NCBI GenBank assembly: GCA_046563655.1
Contig: CM102285.1
Span: 1,674,001 to 1,738,000 of the forward strand
Length of the DNA: 64,000 bases
Source of the DNA: Yuukianura sp. NJ FZ-2021
Lineage: Eukaryota
Direction: 5' to 3'
The notes under the pieces are model-generated. The model saw nothing but the letters and a program-made list of their open reading frames with translations, was not told where the DNA came from and ran no database searches. Below are positions 62,248 through 64,000 of the stretch, one piece after another. How positions within the stretch are numbered: position 1 is the stretch's first letter; each line of letters begins with the position of its first letter. Made by a program: the position numbers and the translations under genes.

Positions 62248-63085
62248 CTCTAAACTGCCTCTTGTCTGACTTGGATACAGCCCGTTGTGTACTTTTTACA
62301 TCCACTTTCTAATTTCCTACTGCTAGGATACTTGTAAGACTACTTCTGTACTTGTACTTAATTTAGTAGTGTTTGTATGCAAGTAACTCAACCGGATTGG
62401 TTGCGTCCTAAACGATATTTTGCTCAGTCTCAATACTAATGCTAAGGTTCTCAGTCCAACTACTGAGGTTTGCCTCTTTTTTTTTTTTGTAAAAGTGAAA
62501 ACGAGAATTTGACTTTGACGTTTGTAGCGTTCCTAATTTATTCAAAACCGTCAAAAATAGTAAAATTTTCTAGATTAACGTTATGAAAACTTCTGATTGT
62601 GCGAGATGGCAATATTTTTTTGGTTTCGGCTTTAATCAGGTACGATAACGAAATGAAGTTTTTCTGGACATGGCACATGGCAAAAAGCGAAAAAGAAATT
62701 AATTTTTTCGAAAATTTTGACCAAAAAACTTAGAAAAAGTTTCACTGGCCCAGAAACGGAAATCTAACCACAAAGTTAGGTTACAAAACCTAAAATTTTC
62801 TGGTTAGATTATATTATACCTAATAGATTTTTTAGATTATGCCTAACCTAATCTGGTAACATTGTTTTTTTGAAGAGCCGTTGAATTTCAGAGGTAGGAC
62901 GGCCTCACTCGAGCGTTTTCAGCCCCTCACTTGGTTTTCGTTTTTCTTTACTTTATGCGGAGGTTAGAACAAATAAGCAATTTTTAAACTACGTTTTAAA
63001 CTAAAGTTTTGTTTGCGTTGTATGCTGATCTTTTTGTTTTTCTTCAAACCCGTCGTGACCATGACGACGCAGTTGGATTGACGTG
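62248..63085 (+). repeat. Duplicated copy of the RING gene's downstream region (source ~54362-55180 plus 55484-55495); shorter copy at ~58515-58715
   Basis: Colinear similarity starting at the RING stop codon: TAGACTGCCTTTGGTCTGACTTGGATAC versus TAAACTGCCTCTTGTCTGACTTGGATAC. Confidence 0.85.
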
Positions 63086-63192
63086 ACCTGCTCACTGGTA
63101 GTGCATGTTATCATAATTACGGGTAGATTATTGTAATTACTATACTTAATACTATACTATACTAAACCTGTACTTAATTATGTTAAACCTTC

Positions 63193-64000
63193 CTATGGAA
63201 CCAGTTCGTATTCAACGCCCGTTGAGCGGATAGTCTCGTCGAGCTCAGCTGCAATATAGTCAACAAATTCTATTGCACTTTCTTCCGTCGGACAAATTTT
63301 GCCATCTACTCCAATGCAGTAACGAAATGTTCCATTGTAAGATGCAATAGTCGCCGTCAGCCCTGTACAGATATACATTTCGTTATATCAAACCTTGCAA
63401 AGACGATATAAATAAGTATCGTCAGATTAATTATAGTGAATTCCCGTGCAAAATATTGTCGACCTTGGAAATTAATAATACTAGAGATCACTTTGAGATG
63501 AATCCGAAAACTGATTTTTAGTCAGGAGGTCAGCAGTTACTAATTATTAAAGAAAACCGCTTAGAAATCAGAGTAGTGGTTATTGAGTTATAAGCGTTAC
63601 AGACGGACGGACGGACAGACACGGACGGATGGACAGACGGGCAATACAATCCCTATCTGACGATACTAAATAATTATACATGCTGAGCAATATATTTGAT
63701 ATGTACTAGTTATTCACACGATATTTACAGATAACTAGGCTATTATCGATATTTTCTGTTTACCATAAGAACAACCGTTGATAGCATACTCCATGTCCTT
63801 CACCACATTTCCACCAATGGAAAATGCCTTTGTAGGTCCAGGAAACGCGCTAGCGACCACCGTATTAAGTCGGACAACCGGAAACATCCACCGCATTGGC
63901 AATGAACCAATGAATGCAGCCAACAGGAATCTAACTGCAGCCGATTTCGTTCGGCGCTCTGCATTTGCGTAGCGTTCAAGCAATGCCAATCTTTCATGGG
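63193..64000 (-). CDS. W17: WS/DGAT-like O-acyltransferase, subfamily C, 5' part outside the window (exon 2 from the window edge to 63764, exon 3 63362-63193)
   Basis: SAFPGPTKAFSIGGNVV and ASYNGTFRY...YELVP*; canonical splice sites. Confidence 0.82.
63385..63669 (-). mobile_element. DINE-1/HINE-like element in W17 intron 2
   Basis: 13-bp subterminal inverted repeat AGTATCGTCAGAT, (GTCC/GTCT)n microsatellite and a 3' stem-loop TTATATC...GATATAA. No clear TSD; absent from the W15 and W16 introns. Confidence 0.75.

Noticed and set aside
181-62305. NRPS condensation domains or a bacterial operon, suggested by the HHxxxDG motif and co-oriented ORFs
   Set aside because: No adenylation or thiolation domains. 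The genes have spliceosomal introns and WS/DGAT-type C-terminal motifs, and flank intron-rich animal genes.
6479-63972. Recurrent ~61-87 aa plus-strand ORFs (MxAYAMSSTTFPPxEN..., MFRKLES...)
   Set aside because: They are antisense shadows of conserved exons 1 and 2, mostly with non-ATG starts. Their recurrence simply follows the duplication.

Overview
AT-rich eukaryotic DNA with spliceosomal GT-AG introns, most likely from an arthropod (inferred from the Arp3 sequence and Inr-like TCAGTT motifs). Most of the window is a head-to-tail tandem array, all on the minus strand, of three-exon genes encoding 471-487 aa proteins of the wax-ester synthase/diacylglycerol acyltransferase (WS/DGAT, AtfA-like) type. 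Family hallmarks are an N-terminal hydrophobic segment, the (H/D)HxLxDG catalytic motif, a C-terminal FPGP (the SNVPGP equivalent) and SYNG. I reconstruct 17 units (W1-W17): 13 complete and in frame, 2 cut by the window edges and 2 frameshifted, plus at least 5 decayed remnants. Exon 2 is exactly 278 bp in every intact copy. The copies fall into sequence subfamilies (called A, B, C and D here), show a B/C alternating higher-order organisation, include mosaics, and split into HHxLCDG and DHxLSDG active-site classes. A ~10 kb single-copy island interrupts the array and carries Arp3 (+, 8 exons, 418 aa), an alternative oxidase (AOX, -, 338 aa) and a TRAIP-like RING-H2/coiled-coil gene (+, 420 aa). 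Introns and spacers hold many small DNA transposons (a pogo-derived element, Tc1/mariner-type MITEs, 9-bp-TSD elements, DINE-1/HINE-like elements), several with empty sites visible in paralogs. All gene models were spliced by eye; no database searches were run.
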